A stretch of 64,000 bases of DNA from Nemertoderma westbladi (lineage: Eukaryota > Animalia > Xenacoelomorpha), in contig JAUCBJ010005505.1 in assembly GCA_032718475.1 (NCBI GenBank), forward strand, positions 665 to 64,664, in the 5' to 3' direction. The position numbers and the translations under genes are program-made. Positions 1 to 11,963 of the stretch are shown in pieces. Under the pieces are notes generated by a model. That model searched no databases. It was given only the letters and a program-made list of their open reading frames with translations, and had not been told where the DNA came from. Position 1 is the first letter of the stretch; each line of letters starts with the position of its first letter.

Positions 1-1
1 G

Positions 2-163
2 GAACTCGCGCAGACCATCCTCGACTTCGGAAAAAACAAAGACAATCCAGATGAATTCGCCGGAGAGATGGATCAGCATCTCTCCGTTTTCTACTTCCCA
101 GATGAATTTATATTCGATGTTTGGGGATTGATAACAGACGCTAAAGCTGGTCGGTTGCAGTGA
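2..163 (+). CDS. GIPC: 3' end of the CDS of a GIPC PDZ-domain adaptor (GH2 domain); the gene starts left of the window
   Basis: Frame from nt 2 reads ELAQTILDFGKNKDNPDEFAGEMDQHLSVFYFPDEFIFDVWGLITDAKAGRLQ*. This matches the GIPC C-terminal signature (NPDE..A...D..L..F.FPDEF.FDVWG.I.DAK.GR). Stop TGA at 161-163. Confidence 0.9.
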   Translation, partial: ELAQTILDFGKNKDNPDEFAGEMDQHLSVFYFPDEFIFDVWGLITDAKAGRLQ

Positions 164-2144
164 GTCATCGCAGTGCATCCACAATGTTGTGCCCCATAAG
201 TATAGCGCTAGCCTCCTGCTACATAAATTATTGGCCGCGCTATCCTTACCCAGTACCGTGCAGTGCACAGTGCGCAGTGGTACCAACAAATCAGTTCCTC
301 CGTAAGCTGAATTAGTCAAGTCAGTGCGTGACCAGCTGGAAACTAGCTTATATTAACAGGCAATGTGGGTTGGTCATACTTTGATACATTGTTAGATTAG
401 AAGGGGTCTTTACTTCATACTTAGCACCATTACGGTGTACACAGTCACTTCGAGACTACCTAGCTGGTACTACAGACAGGCTAGTACCTCATGCACAATC
501 TATGCTATGCACTAGTACCAGATGCACAGCACTACCATGCTGTTCGGTTACCACTATGTGCTATCGGGAGTTAGTTAGGGACCCACTTGCTGGCATATGA
601 CACGCACTGACTGACTATACTTGAGTACTATGAGTACTAATTAGTACGAAAGGCCTAGATACAAAATGTAAGGCAGATGACATCCAATAATACCCCACTG
701 TGCCTCTTTAACCCCCCCCCCCCCCCCCCCCCCGTCCCTATAGATTCGAGTAACTTAATGATGATAATTATTTTTATTAGTCCATTGTGGTATATTTTAT
801 TTTAATTGAGAATTTCGCATGATGTGAATTATTACCGATTATTTTAGTATTTTAGATACGTTAAAGTGTTTTATTTCATTCACCTACAGATTTTTCGTTG
901 TAATTATTGACCTTTTACAGATGTTATTTATTAAATTAAAATTTGATGTTATTAAAAATAATATATCTTTTTTTTTATATTCTTCCATTAGCCGGAGATA
1001 TAGATTAATTATTATTATATATTATACTAATTATATACTCCAAACAATAAGATTGAAATTGGCAAATTTTCTTCAATATCTTTCATGGAATTTGTTAGTT
1101 TTCTCAGTGGTATTAAATTCGTAGTAGGTACTGTAGTACTTAATTGTGGACTGTGCGTAACTTAAAAAGTACTTTTATTAAATATGTTTATATCATAAAA
1201 ATAACGACATTTTCTATCTCTAATAATATATTAAGAGGAACCACATTTTATGATAACCCGTGTAACCACCAATATTTTTTTGATAATAATAATATTGTAG
1301 ATAATAAGTCTTTTTGAAAAATATTTGAGGTCATCTTGCTCGTTCCCTTGGTAACGGCAAATTATATTTTGAATTATTGTAAATTGTATGAAATTTTGCA
1401 TAAAACAAAATTGTAACACCTCACATGAAATAGGTGCCACAGCCACGGTCTTATATAGCTCAAACAATACGCATGAGAATGCTCATCTACTCATGCAAAA
1501 TATTGATTGAAACAATAAAATAAAGATGATCTTTGTATAAAGTCAGGACTCCGTAACACACCAACCACTTCCTCACAAATTATATAGGTGGCACGACGTG
1601 ATGTGATGCGGCATTGCATATAGTAAGTTAATTGTAGGTTATCGCATAACACACATTGCACGGCATAGCGTAGCATATGTTGAAAATATATATGACATTG
1701 TATGCGAGATATTACGGCATAACATGATTGAATGGTAACAGCCTGATCATGTGGTCGATTACATATGGTCGAACAATAAGGAGAGGCATATCTTAGGATT
1801 AATATTGTCTTGGCAAGGCATGGAGGTAGAGGCAGTTTATTTGGCGTGGTAGTTAGGCCAAAGTCGTCGAGTACTCCGTGGAACTGTGTAATTATTTAAC
1901 TGCCCGCTACCATTTAAGGATGTAACGCAAAGAGATGCGCCTTGGCTAGTCACCATTGGATTGCATACGTGGTGAAAAATTTAAATTATTGAAAAAACGA
2001 TCCTAATTACACAACAACCCAATAAATACTACGTGGTGGAACCATTGCGCAGCGCGTGGCACGCAATCCTACTGCGCGATATGTATACTGTATTTAGTCG
2101 CGCACGTGTTGCACGAAAACTCTACACAATATCTACAAGCAGAG

Positions 2145-3110
2145 CAAACATTCGGCTGGAGACGACCCAAAGCTCCTCTTTCGATAGCTGCTACCCGAAG
2201 GTAGGGGTGGGCGCTACTCCTATCTGTTACACGAAGGTAGGGGTGGGCGCTACTCCTATCTGCTACCCTAAGGTAGGGGTGGGCGCTACTCCTATCTGCT
2301 ACCCTAAGGTAGGGGTGGGCGCTACTCCTATCTGCTACCCGAAGGTAGGTGTGGGCGCTACTCCTATCTGCTACCCGAAGGTAGGGGTGGGCGCTACTCC
2401 TATCTGCTACCCGAAGGTAGGGGTGGGCGCTACTCCTATCTGTTACACGAAGGTAGGGGTGGGTGCTACTCCTATCTGTTACCCTAAGGTAGGGGTGGGC
2501 GCTACTCCTATCTGCTACCCGAATGTAGGGGTGGGCGCTACTCCTATCTGTTACACGAAGGTAGGGGTGGGTGCTACTCCTATCTGCTACCCGAAGGTAG
2601 GGGTGGGCGCTACTCCTATCTGCTACCCGAAGGTAGGGGTGGGCGCTACTCCTATCTGCTACCCGAATGTAGGGGTGGGCGCTACTCCTATCTGTTACAC
2701 GAAGGTAGGGGTGGGTGCTACTCCTATCTGCTACCCGAAGGTAGGGGTGGGCGCTACTCCTATCTGTTACACGAAGGTAGGGGTGGGCGCTACTCCTATC
2801 TGCTACCCTAAAAGGTAGGGGTGGGCGCTACTCCTATCTGCTACCCGAAGGTAGGCGTAGGGGTGGGCGCTACTCCTATCTGCTACCCGAAGGTAGGCGT
2901 AGGGGTGGGCGCTACTCCTATCTGCTACCCGAAGGTAGGGGTGGGAGCTACCCTCTACTCCTATACATCGTTTTGCTCCCAGTAATTCAACTGGTTCTCA
3001 TTTTATCGACCCCGCGGGATGAAAGGCTGAATGGATCCTGGCGGGGCTCGAACCTACAACCAATAGATAGCAGGCCCGGCGCTCAATCATCTGAGATACC
3101 CCGCCTTCAT
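2145..3110 (-). mobile_element. tRNA-derived SINE whose 3' part carries the 36-bp minisatellite
   Basis: Minus strand has a B-box-like ggttcgagccccgcc (about 3040-3055), followed by cagcctttcatcccgcggggtcgataaaatgagaacc, which resembles a widespread metazoan SINE central domain. The unique sequence on both sides of the array continues a single repeat unit. Confidence 0.6.
2188..2963. repeat. 36-bp minisatellite, about 21 copies (tgctacccgaaggtaggggtgggcgctactcctatc)
   Basis: Direct tandem periodicity; it produces the spurious CYPKVGVGATPI repeat ORF. Confidence 0.95.
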
Positions 3111-3219
3111 AGATCATCGCCTCGCGACTAGGATACATCGCGGCCCGAACCAGCAACCCATCACCTGTACGGTTTGCGATCAGTTATGCAACTCCCCAAA
3201 TACATCTGTATTGCCAAGA

Positions 3220-3570
3220 CTGATGTCATTCAGGAATCTCGATGTCTGACCACAACCTTTCCTCTCGCCTACTTGCTGCCATAAAACAAGATCATGCTAG
3301 ACATGCTGATCGTTTCTAAGTTGGCAGTACCAGGGTGGAAAGTTCTCTGAAAAATTCTCGTCTGCTACAGAGATTGTACAATGCCTAGTTTGTTATCTGA
3401 GCATTGTATTACCGGTATATGTCATGAGCCCATCGCTGCTTCTTGGTATACATACCGTCTTCTACAGTTAGTGCCCAACATGGACGGCCGTATAGCAGCA
3501 CAGGTTCTAGGCTCTATCGATGCCCAGAATAAACATACATTCAGAGAAGGTTTGATTCCAGGTGATTTCC
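3220..3570 (-). mobile_element. Highly degraded RTE-like LINE 3' fragment
   Basis: Broken frames resemble the PVLLYG..CWALT...DGMYT and LVLW motifs of the better-preserved copies in this window. Confidence 0.5.
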
Positions 3571-3571
3571 A

Positions 3572-4083
3572 TACTACTACCCCTATCGGCATTCTGCATT
3601 ACAGCTGCATTATATATATATTACATATATATTACGAATGATGTGCCGGCTTGTCGACAAAATTGCACCGCCACAACTCCCTATCACCCATGACATTTGC
3701 TAGATCATCCGTATCTTTAAGGCCAGTGTCCTTTAAGATGCGTCTCAAGAAAGTCATGGGCTGTCCACCATGCTTATTCACTCCATGAAGCTACCAAAGC
3801 ACAAGATTATGCACTGGATGGTCCTCACGGCGAAAGCAATGTCTTGCAAAGCGGAGGCGGCTTTGTTCTATTGTCAAGCTTGGGGGAACAAATGAGACAC
3901 CTCCAATGTTATATAGTGTCTGGTTGGAGATGTGTGCATTGTACTTGATACTTGACACAATGAACCCGGCGTAGCATTCTTGTGAATGTGCCATCCAGAG
4001 ATTTGGTGTCCTCAGCAGGTGAGCCCAGCATGGACTCCCATAGTGGAGTACTGGAACTACTGCTGCTCTAAATAATCTAGATT
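3572..4083 (-). mobile_element. RTE-like LINE family A, 3' fragment
   Basis: RLRFARHCFRREDHPVHNLVLW motif and (TAG)n-type tail at about 3572; near-identical to 16385-16900 and 30860-31325. Confidence 0.85.
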
Positions 4084-4086
4084 TCC

Positions 4087-4956
4087 ATACGCTCGAGTTT
4101 GCTAGTTCATTTATGCAGACTATAACTTGCTTGGCCTTTCGTATTCTGAGGTCTTCAGCAGATCTCTGAATCTTTCATAATTAGCGATTTTTTTGTGGGG
4201 AAACCAAGATCACAGTCGGGACTTTAGTCTTTGAAACTTTTAGCAAATAGACCAAAAAACATCGGATGCTACATGTTTTAGACTGCTGAGTAGTCTTTGA
4301 GCACCAATTAATGTTTCTGAAATTAAACCCAGATTACCAGCAAAGTCGAGTTCCATTAACTGTATTGGTGGTTTTTTTCCACTTCGATTACCACTGGCTG
4401 GATGTATATAATATTTTATGGTGGTTGAGAGAAAGGTGTCACCTTGAAAGGCACCCCATGAAACTTCAAGAGAGTCTGTGGTGAACGGTCACCCCCCCCC
4501 CCCCCCCCCCCCCCGGTCACTCCCCTCCACCCCCAGTTACTTACCCTCCCGGTCACTGCCCCCCCCCCCCCCCCCCCCATAAACCTACAACTGCAAAGTA
4601 GGTTAATTCTCAAACAAAGTAAACCACACCCGCTGTTGATTGACAAGCAAATAAGGCGCCTTGGGCCGTGAGTATGTGTTTTGAAATGTCACTCACATAC
4701 GCTCGAGTTTGCTAGTTCATTTATGCAGACTATAACTTGCTTGGCCTTTCGTATTCTGAGGTCTTCAGCAGATCTCTGAATCTTTCATAATTAGCGATTT
4801 TTTTGTGGGGAAACCAAGATCACAGTCGGGAATTTAGTCTTTGAAACATTTTGCAAATAGACCAAAAAACATCGGATGCTACATGTTTTAGACTGCTGAG
4901 TAGTCTTTGAGCACCAATTAATGTTTCTGAAATTAAACCCAGATCACCAGCAAAGT
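4087..4956. repeat. Dispersed direct duplication of about 260 bp (4087-4345 and 4697-4956)
   Basis: catacgctcgagtttgctagttc...aattaaacccagat..ccagcaaagt occurs twice, almost identically. Confidence 0.9.
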
Positions 4957-5782
4957 ATGTGTTTTGAAATGTCACTCATTCATATCTCTCATATAAAAGA
5001 CCTGTATTATTTATTGCATTCATTCTGTTTCTTATTCATTGTAGCAATTTGTTTTAAGTGTAATTTATCTTATTCGATGATGACTGAAATATTGGAGGAC
5101 TGACAACTTCTAAGGTTTATACGTATGGGAAGGATACCGCTTCATTTTACAGAAACGTCTGGCTGATGGTTCCGAGCGATACCAATGGCTGACGGTTCCG
5201 TTTCCGAGCGATATCAGTGTCAGGATGTACATCAAACAAAGTGCAAATCTGCCACCAAAGTATTTGACGGTCTTCTTTATTCGTGAGCAAAGTGGAGAAA
5301 ATACGGACGTGGTGCTCGCTCCAGACAAGGGTCGCATAGAGGCTATCCGACTGATAGCAAGCTATGCCATGAGGCTGCTCAAGCTCAATTCGACACCAGT
5401 ACCCTTATAAGATCGTTGCTTCTGCTGTTGAAGGATAACAGAGGGAGGCCGTTCTAACCTGGCACCTTTACCGATGCGCTTTCCCGTAAAGTTCGCCGAT
5501 GAGGCAACGCTCGGGTTATACCTTTTCCCTTCCGCAATCAGCTGATTCCATTAGTATTCCTGACAAGTACAGAGTTACATCCGATGGAAGCCTATTTCTG
5601 ATCCATCTTACCGATCAAATGCTGATATTTGCTTCTGATTGCGGCCTTGATCTTTTTGAGACAAATCCTCACTGGCTCGTCGTATTGTATAATAATGTTA
5701 TAACATTAAAGTACAGTATAACATTGGGGGGGGGGGGGGGGGGGGGGGGGTCTGACCGGGGAGTGAGTGACCGGGATCCCAG
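4485..5782 (+). mobile_element. Degraded FLYWCH-MULE (Mutator-like) DNA transposon relic
   Basis: From about 5115 a frame reads GLYVWEGYRFILQKRLADGSERYQW (FLYWCH-like). ORF 5499-5804 reads IPDKYRVTSDGSLFLIHLTDQMLIFASDCGLDLFETNPHW, like the segment preceding the MULE DDE core. cccggtcact/poly-C at 4485-4580 is inverted relative to poly-G/agtgaccggg at 5726-5775. Confidence 0.6.
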
Positions 5783-6118
5783 TCTGTATATTCATATATT
5801 ATAGAGACCTTACAGAGACATGTAGAACAATACATTGCATTATCGGTGAGATATTTTAGTTTTAGTGGCTTCCCTTTCCACTAACCCTATTTGTACTGTA
5901 TGTCCGAGTAACTGCTTAATAATTAAGTAAAAGTGTACCGAATGGTGCTTAATTTAAATTTTGGAATAATGTAATTGGTTATTGATTTTGTTTGTTATTT
6001 TTATTTGTGATAATCTTGTGTTGTAGGTCTAGTTAGACGTACTAAATTACTGTATATTTATACTTTTCTGGACAGTTATGACTGGTTAAATAAATACAGC
6101 ATATTCTGTCCTGACATA

Positions 6119-6220
6119 TCATTGGATAGCATTGTATAATAAGCTGTATGGCACTTGCCGCACATCACAGCAAGACGGTGGTAATTGCATGGCATGGTTC
6201 AATATAGCTTGCTGACGTTT
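6119..6220 (-). CDS. Candidate terminal coding exon of the ELKS/ERC-like gene
   Basis: ttctag acceptor, phase 0, reads KRQQAILNHAMQLPPSCCDVRQVPYSLLYNAIQ*. No recognisable homology. Confidence 0.35.
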   Translation of the reverse strand, partial: KRQQAILNHAMQLPPSCCDVRQVPYSLLYNAIQ

Positions 6221-6418
6221 CTAGAATTATGCGGCACTAACCAATATAATGGCTTCTACGTGAGTTACATAATACTAAATAAGAACTAAATTTAACAACA
6301 TTAAATAAATTATTAATTGAAACAATTCAACAATGAATTAAAGATTAAGTAATAATAAGTAAGTGTAAATTTAACAAACATGTATATACATATACTAGTT
6401 ATTACTGGTTTCACTTAC

Positions 6419-6460
6419 CTTAACTAGATTCAATGATTTCATTACAGCATCACGGACCAA
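6419..6460 (-). CDS. ERC: ELKS/ERC-like gene, 42-bp internal exon
   Basis: tttttatag acceptor and gtaagt donor, phase 0/0, reads LVRDAVMKSLNLVK. Confidence 0.6.
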
Positions 6461-6649
6461 CTATAAAAAATACAAAGTATAAAAAGTCACTTTACACATA
6501 AGATAATAAAATGACGACTTTACATCACTATTATATGTTGGGAATGGCTATTACATAGCCGTTACAGACGGGTGTTTGAACAACTGGTAAGATTATAATT
6601 ACAAGTATCACTGTGTCGATATGTTCAAGAGGTTCCATATGGTACTTAC

Positions 6650-6778
6650 CTCTTTCTCAACAAGATCCGTGTGTAATTTATCGAGTTTCCCTGTTAATTC
6701 TTTATTACAACTATTTAACTCGCTTATCTGAGAAATACTTCGGTCGCGCTCTTCTATTAACTCTGTAATCTCTATTTC
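6650..6778 (-). CDS. ERC: ELKS/ERC-like gene, internal coiled-coil exon
   Basis: AG/gtaagt boundaries, phase 0/0, reads EIEITELIEERDRSISQISELNSCNKELTGKLDKLHTDLVEKE. Confidence 0.75.
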
Positions 6779-7407
6779 CTACATAATTGGAATATAAAAC
6801 CATTTTATCATCTGGTAATCTTTGAGCTTAATCTGAGTTTAATCATGTACAGACAGTACTGGTAGTATTGAATGAATATCATAGGCCAGTTAACTTGAAT
6901 ATAATGGGGAGCGTGATATCGAGGCGCCACCAACTTTTAAAATGAATCTGGGAACAATTTTTTTCAAATGAATGAAAATTAATTGTAAAAAATATTGTTT
7001 AGTTTTTTCACGTGTTTTTTTTTGGCATGTGTAATATTTCGAAATGTGTTTTGTATTTATATTTCATTTCATTTCATTGTTTTAATCAAATTAAATTGAC
7101 GTAAAATTGCACAAGAACATATCATAAAAGTGCACAAGATTGACACATATTAAAATCGGTATAAGACATTCTGAGATACTTATTACATATATTTTTGTCA
7201 TATTTATTATATTTTATTTGTTGAAGTTTACGTTAATGTTTAAAATGGGCCTATAATACCAACTAAAACGACAGGCCTACTGTTTCATATTATTTATTTC
7301 TTCTGCATCAACTCAACTCTGAATTACTTCTTTGGTATTAGTATTTTGATTAACAAACAACATAAGCCAATGCGACATGTTTATTAATTATCAAATTAAT
7401 TCATCAC

Positions 7408-7487
7408 CTTTTCCGCCAAACTTTGCATAGATGGAAACTCTGAAGTCTGATTTCGCTGCTCGTAGAATAAAATTTGTTTCTCCAGTT
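7408..7487 (-). CDS. ERC: ELKS/ERC-like gene, internal exon
   Basis: tttcag acceptor and gtgatg donor, phase 1/0 compatible with its neighbours; reads (E)LEKQILFYEQRNQTSEFPSMQSLAEK. Confidence 0.7.
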
Positions 7488-7616
7488 CTGAAAGAAAATA
7501 ATTAAACAATGGACTTTGGGCATTAAATTAAATCTGTCATTACTTTATGTTACAATAGTAAGGAACTTACTTACTAATAGTAAGGCCTTTACTTAAATGT
7601 TACAATATAACATTAC

Positions 7617-8250
7617 AACTACTACTGTAGATCGAACGAACTCGGACAGTGGAAATGAGATCCTTCCAGGCTTCCCGATTCTCCATAGTTGTCGCAATTT
7701 CGTTTCTCTCAAGTTCAGTATCTATATATGTATGCCATAACCGGTCATCCACGGCTACTTTTTCCTCTTTTTTGTTGGTTGCCAGAAAAGTAGATCTGGT
7801 ATGATCTCAAGTGTACTTCTCCAGCAGTGTCCACTGAATCGTAGTCTGCGTTCACGTGAAGTAGTTGATTGTTTTAGTGTTTGTGTAACAACAATCAATT
7901 GTTTTTTTCAAGTTATTTCGTCACTGTCCAGGTTTCACCCCCGTATAAAAATACACTTTCCACTGTGGCTCGAAAGAACTTAGTCTTCAGGTGCCTGGAG
8001 AGATCTGATTTCCAGATGGTATCCATTTTTGATAGAGCTACCCAAGACTTTGCGTTCCTAACTTCTACGACTTTTTTGATACTCCCTATCCATGATCCAA
8101 CGTACTGGAAGTCGTCAACCTTCCATAGTTGATTATTATCAATTGTTGTCAAGTTTCCATTAACATTAAAAGTCATTAATTCGCTCTTAAAAGTCTTGGA
8201 TTTATATGGAAATGCAATCCAAACTCCTTAGCAGCCCTCTCCACGTGTTC
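7617..8250 (-). mobile_element. RTE-like LINE family B, 3' fragment (intronic)
   Basis: ORF 7913-8176 (KVDDFQYVGSWI...FRATVESVFLYGGETW) is nearly identical to the copy at 51.6-53.0 kb; (TAG)n tail. Confidence 0.9.
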
Positions 8251-8511
8251 AGTAGAACTTGTCCTGTAGAATTGTATATTAATTAACAGATAAATTATAT
8301 AGAAGTGATATAGACAAGTGGCTGTGCCCTACTTATGATTTTACCAGTGGCGATGCAAAACTGGTGAATGGCAACGGCTAGTTACTGACAGAGATGTCGG
8401 CTAGCAAGTGTACAGCAGTACTACGCAGTAGCACGCTAACCAGGAATAAAAGTAAACATCCCCTATTGTGAGGAATAAAATCCAATGTTTTGACGGTAAA
8501 TTCACAATGTT

Positions 8512-8672
8512 TAGTTTATTCTTAGTCCGTTAGGCCAGGGATTACGCAGAAAGTCGGAAGACTTATTTCCAGTGCGCAACGAAAACTACCCAGGCTCCCA
8601 TGCGGGGATTGAACCCACGACCTTCGAGAGATGTTAATTCAATGCAAAGGATTTAACCACTACGTCAAGGTA
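8512..8672 (-). mobile_element. tRNA-derived SINE
   Basis: Minus strand has A-box-like tgacgtagtggttaa, B-box-like ggttcaatcccc and an A-rich 3' end. Related heads occur at about 43420-43495 and 46920-46990. Confidence 0.6.
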
Positions 8673-9245
8673 GGGCGGAGGACTCCAATAAGCTGAATTC
8701 CTTGTTTTCCTGGATCTAAAAGTAAATCCCGTGTATTTGTAGGAAAAAATAGACTCTTTATTCCACAAACTTCGAGTATTAAATCTGTCAAAAATTTAAT
8801 TTTTTGAATAAAAATACTAATTGTTAATTTTTATGTAATTATAAATAATTTATTAATATGTATTTATTTGATTTAAGTAACTTTTTTCGTCAAATTCGTT
8901 AACAAGTTTGACAGAAATGAACTTTTTTTGTCAACAACAAAAGTAATGTTCAAATTAAATTTCAAAGTAATTTCCACGACATTAATAATAATATTGAATT
9001 TAAATAGATAGTGCTGATAATTCTAGAATATTATTATATAATAATAGGGCCTATATTACCAAGTTTGCTGTTTCGCTTTATAAAACGGTATTTCACTATG
9101 GAAGAAACTTCGATGGACAATATTTATGCTGAAATACAGAGGACCTGATAAAAGTGAGAACAGTTACTGTACAACAAATAAACCGATGTAAGTGGTGGCA
9201 GAAAGTAACATTTTTTGCCACGACTTAAATAGTTGATTACTTTAC

Positions 9246-9402
9246 CAGTAATTCTGCCATCTCGCAATTCAATAACATCCCGTAATTCCTTCAGTTGTCT
9301 GTTCTTCTCCATAGGAGTTGTAGGAAGCAATGTGGTCCTTTCTAACAAATTATTTTCCAACATTAAATTCCTCTCAGAAAGTTTTAATCGCAAATGTGCA
9401 AT
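9246..9402 (-). CDS. ERC: ELKS/ERC-like gene, internal exon
   Basis: Poly-T-ag acceptor and gtaaag donor, phase 0/1; reads IAHLRLKLSERN...LKELRDVIELRDGRIT, resembling ERC 'VDALRLRLEEKE...IRDMKDMLEVKERKI'. Confidence 0.8.
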
Positions 9403-9872
9403 CTAAAAAAAAAATAATAATGAAATAAAAAATACCAAAAAAGGTATAGCAAAAAAAAGTTAGGTTTTCGAGTCAATGTTCAACTCTTATCAAATAAACA
9501 TTTTGAATTAGAAATGAAGTTAACTGTGCTATTAACATGTTAACAATACTATGAGACACATTTGTTACAAAATGAAAAAAATAAGTAGAAGATAATCCTA
9601 TCCTATGACAGTGAGCAGTTTTAAAATGTGCCTTGACACTTCCAGCACAAGCTGTGCAGTGGCTGATCTTATTCTATCGCAGCCGACTGTTGAAAGTGTT
9701 GATGTAGTAGTTCCGAATTACCAATGCATCCTAATGGTGTGACATTCATTATACTCTCAATGACTGTCCCCCCCCCCCAGCCCCCCCCCCCCCCCTAATC
9801 TAATTAACATTAAATTTATTACAAATTTAATGTAAACCACATGGAATCTTCCCTGGGGTTTATTATACTCAC

Positions 9873-10076
9873 GTCGTCTTGCAGACTGGAGACCTGGTTC
9901 TCCTTTGCTGCTAAGGTGGCCTTGACAACGTCCAACATGTGCTGTTGGTTGATGTGTTGCTTGGTAACCATATCCAACTGGCTGGAAAAGGCAACTAACT
10001 CGGAGTCTTTCCTCGATAAATCGAGTTTCACTCGGTCGATTTTCGTCTTCAGAAACTGCGCGTGACTTTTGTACAA
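9873..10076 (-). CDS. ERC: ELKS/ERC-like gene, internal exon
   Basis: Reads LYKSHAQFLKTKIDRVKLDLSRKDSELVAFSSQL...LDVVKATLAAKENQVSSLQDD, matching ERC 'VYKSHSKFMK.KI...K.ELS.K.SELLALQTKL...IEVLKESLTAKEQ'. tttcag/gtgagt boundaries. Confidence 0.9.
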
Positions 10077-10499
10077 CTGAAACCGAAGTAACTGTATTAT
10101 ATTATTTATTTCCTTTTAATTAATATGCCTCAAGATAACACAGTTTACTGCTCCCACACTATTAGCCCACAACCCTCAACCCCACCAGTTTATGAAATTA
10201 AATTATAATAACCATGGTCTACCTTTTACGAAAAGGTTGCCCCAGTAGAGGGAATGGCAACTTTCTGCCATAATCAACAAGCAGCTACTGATGAGGGGGA
10301 TCGGTACCGGTATGCATTCAAATTTTCTTGGAAGGCTTTAATGACAATCTTCACCGCTCCTTAACATCGTCATGGCTCAACAACGTGAGTGGCAACCGAA
10401 ATTCTGTCCGTTTTATAATTTCATCTTTGGAAATTGATTGATTTTGGCTTCTCGGTTCTAGAAACGAACTGGAAAGCTGTGAACACATTCTGGACCCAG

Positions 10500-10730
10500 T
10501 TGTCACAAGTCCCAGATAGACCATATTCTGTTCCTAATAACCATGTTATCTGTTAGATCATGCGCATCTTCAAGGCCAGTGTCCTTTAAGATGCGTCTCA
10601 AGAAAGTCATGGGCTGTCCACCCTGCTTATTCTCTCCATGAGGCCGCCAAAGCACAAGATTGTGCACTGGTTGGTCCTCACGGCGAAAACAATGTCTTAC
10701 AAAGCGGAGACTAATGAGACACCTCAAATA
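10500..10730 (-). mobile_element. RTE-like LINE family A, 3' fragment
   Basis: HCFRREDQPVHNLVLWRPHG...MTFLRRILKDTGL. Confidence 0.85.
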
Positions 10731-11690
10731 CTGTATAGGATCTGATTGGTGATGTATTCATTATGTATGCCATTCACAGAACCTAAAAAAATATTTCGAA
10801 CCACTTGGAAGTACGGAAGTACTGCAGTATTTATTGTTACCAAATGAATAATATATTTTTCATCTAAACTAAACTACCATAGCTCATTAGTGCGCTGTTA
10901 ACATATGTGCCCATCCCAGCCCATGTGGCATAAATTGAAGGGTATTTGAGTACATCGACAAAAAATGTGGTGTCGTTAAACTTGTCATACCAGGGAATGG
11001 GGGAAGACATGCAAGCAATTGGCATCATTTCGTTTGAAAATGGAAAGTGGAAGTTAAATAAGAGAACTACTGTTAGTATAATTCCGAATGTAACTATAAA
11101 CGGTGATCGAAAGCCCCACCCATCGTTAGTTCAACAATTTATTATATTCGAATAATTTAGGAAATTATGTGAGTGAGTCAAACAAAAATAAATTGTATAA
11201 CTTTATAAACATAGTTTTAGGTAGCTTAGGTTTTGGTTTAGATATAATTATACTAGTTGGAGTATATTCAATGGGATTAGATAGCATTAGATCTAGTCAT
11301 GATAGTTTTAGGTAGCATGTAAAGGCCGCATTACGTAACATAATTTGGTCGAAGGCAGAATATTTATTCGCACAAATTTCGGGTAGTTATATTTCAATCC
11401 ATTACTAAATTTATTTTAGGAAATATTTATTACATGAGTGAGATATTCCAGTGTAAGTCATGTTGTAAAATATAGCATTACATGAATATACCAAAAAATA
11501 AATTCCATACAATAAAAAAAATGTATGTTTATTAATTTCAAGAAGATAAAACTGTAGTTTTACTCTATTCTTTTTTTAAACCCTTGATTTTATATCCAAA
11601 TTCAAGTGATGAAAGCTAACTGGAGGTTTATCGAGGCACTGCACACAGAAAGATGATAACGTTCTTGTATAAGTCAACAGCGAAACAACA

Positions 11691-11963
11691 ATGATAATAC
11701 CAGAAATACACATAAATAGTTCAACGGGTAACAACAGCAACTCTAGCCGGACGGAAGATCTTCTGGAATCAGACAGCGACTTAGACGTTTTGTTCTACAT
11801 TGTGGTGGTTATTTTGTTCTACCTTGGAGGTCTTTCTATTCTAACTGTTATTTGTTTTAAAGAAGATGCCGAAATAGATAAGGGGTTTGTTAATTATTAC
11901 GATGCTCAATTGAGAGATAAGGGAGAGTTATCGGGACTAAATAACATAACAATTACAGAATAA
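11691..11963 (+). CDS. Intronless 90-aa single-pass membrane protein, KCNE/MinK-like architecture
   Basis: ATG in good context (acaacaATG). N-terminal NxS sequons (NSS, NNS, NSS), no signal peptide, one hydrophobic span VLFYIVVVILFYLGGLSILTVICF, then a short charged tail with F.NYY. Confidence 0.6.
   Translation: MIIPEIHINSSTGNNSNSSRTEDLLESDSDLDVLFYIVVVILFYLGGLSILTVICFKEDAEIDKGFVNYYDAQLRDKGELSGLNNITITE

Noticed and set aside
2033-2818. 261-aa ORF with CYPKVGVGATPI repeats
   Set aside because: By-product of a 36-bp minisatellite with no stop in one frame; GTG start, lies within a SINE, and the frame breaks at the array end.
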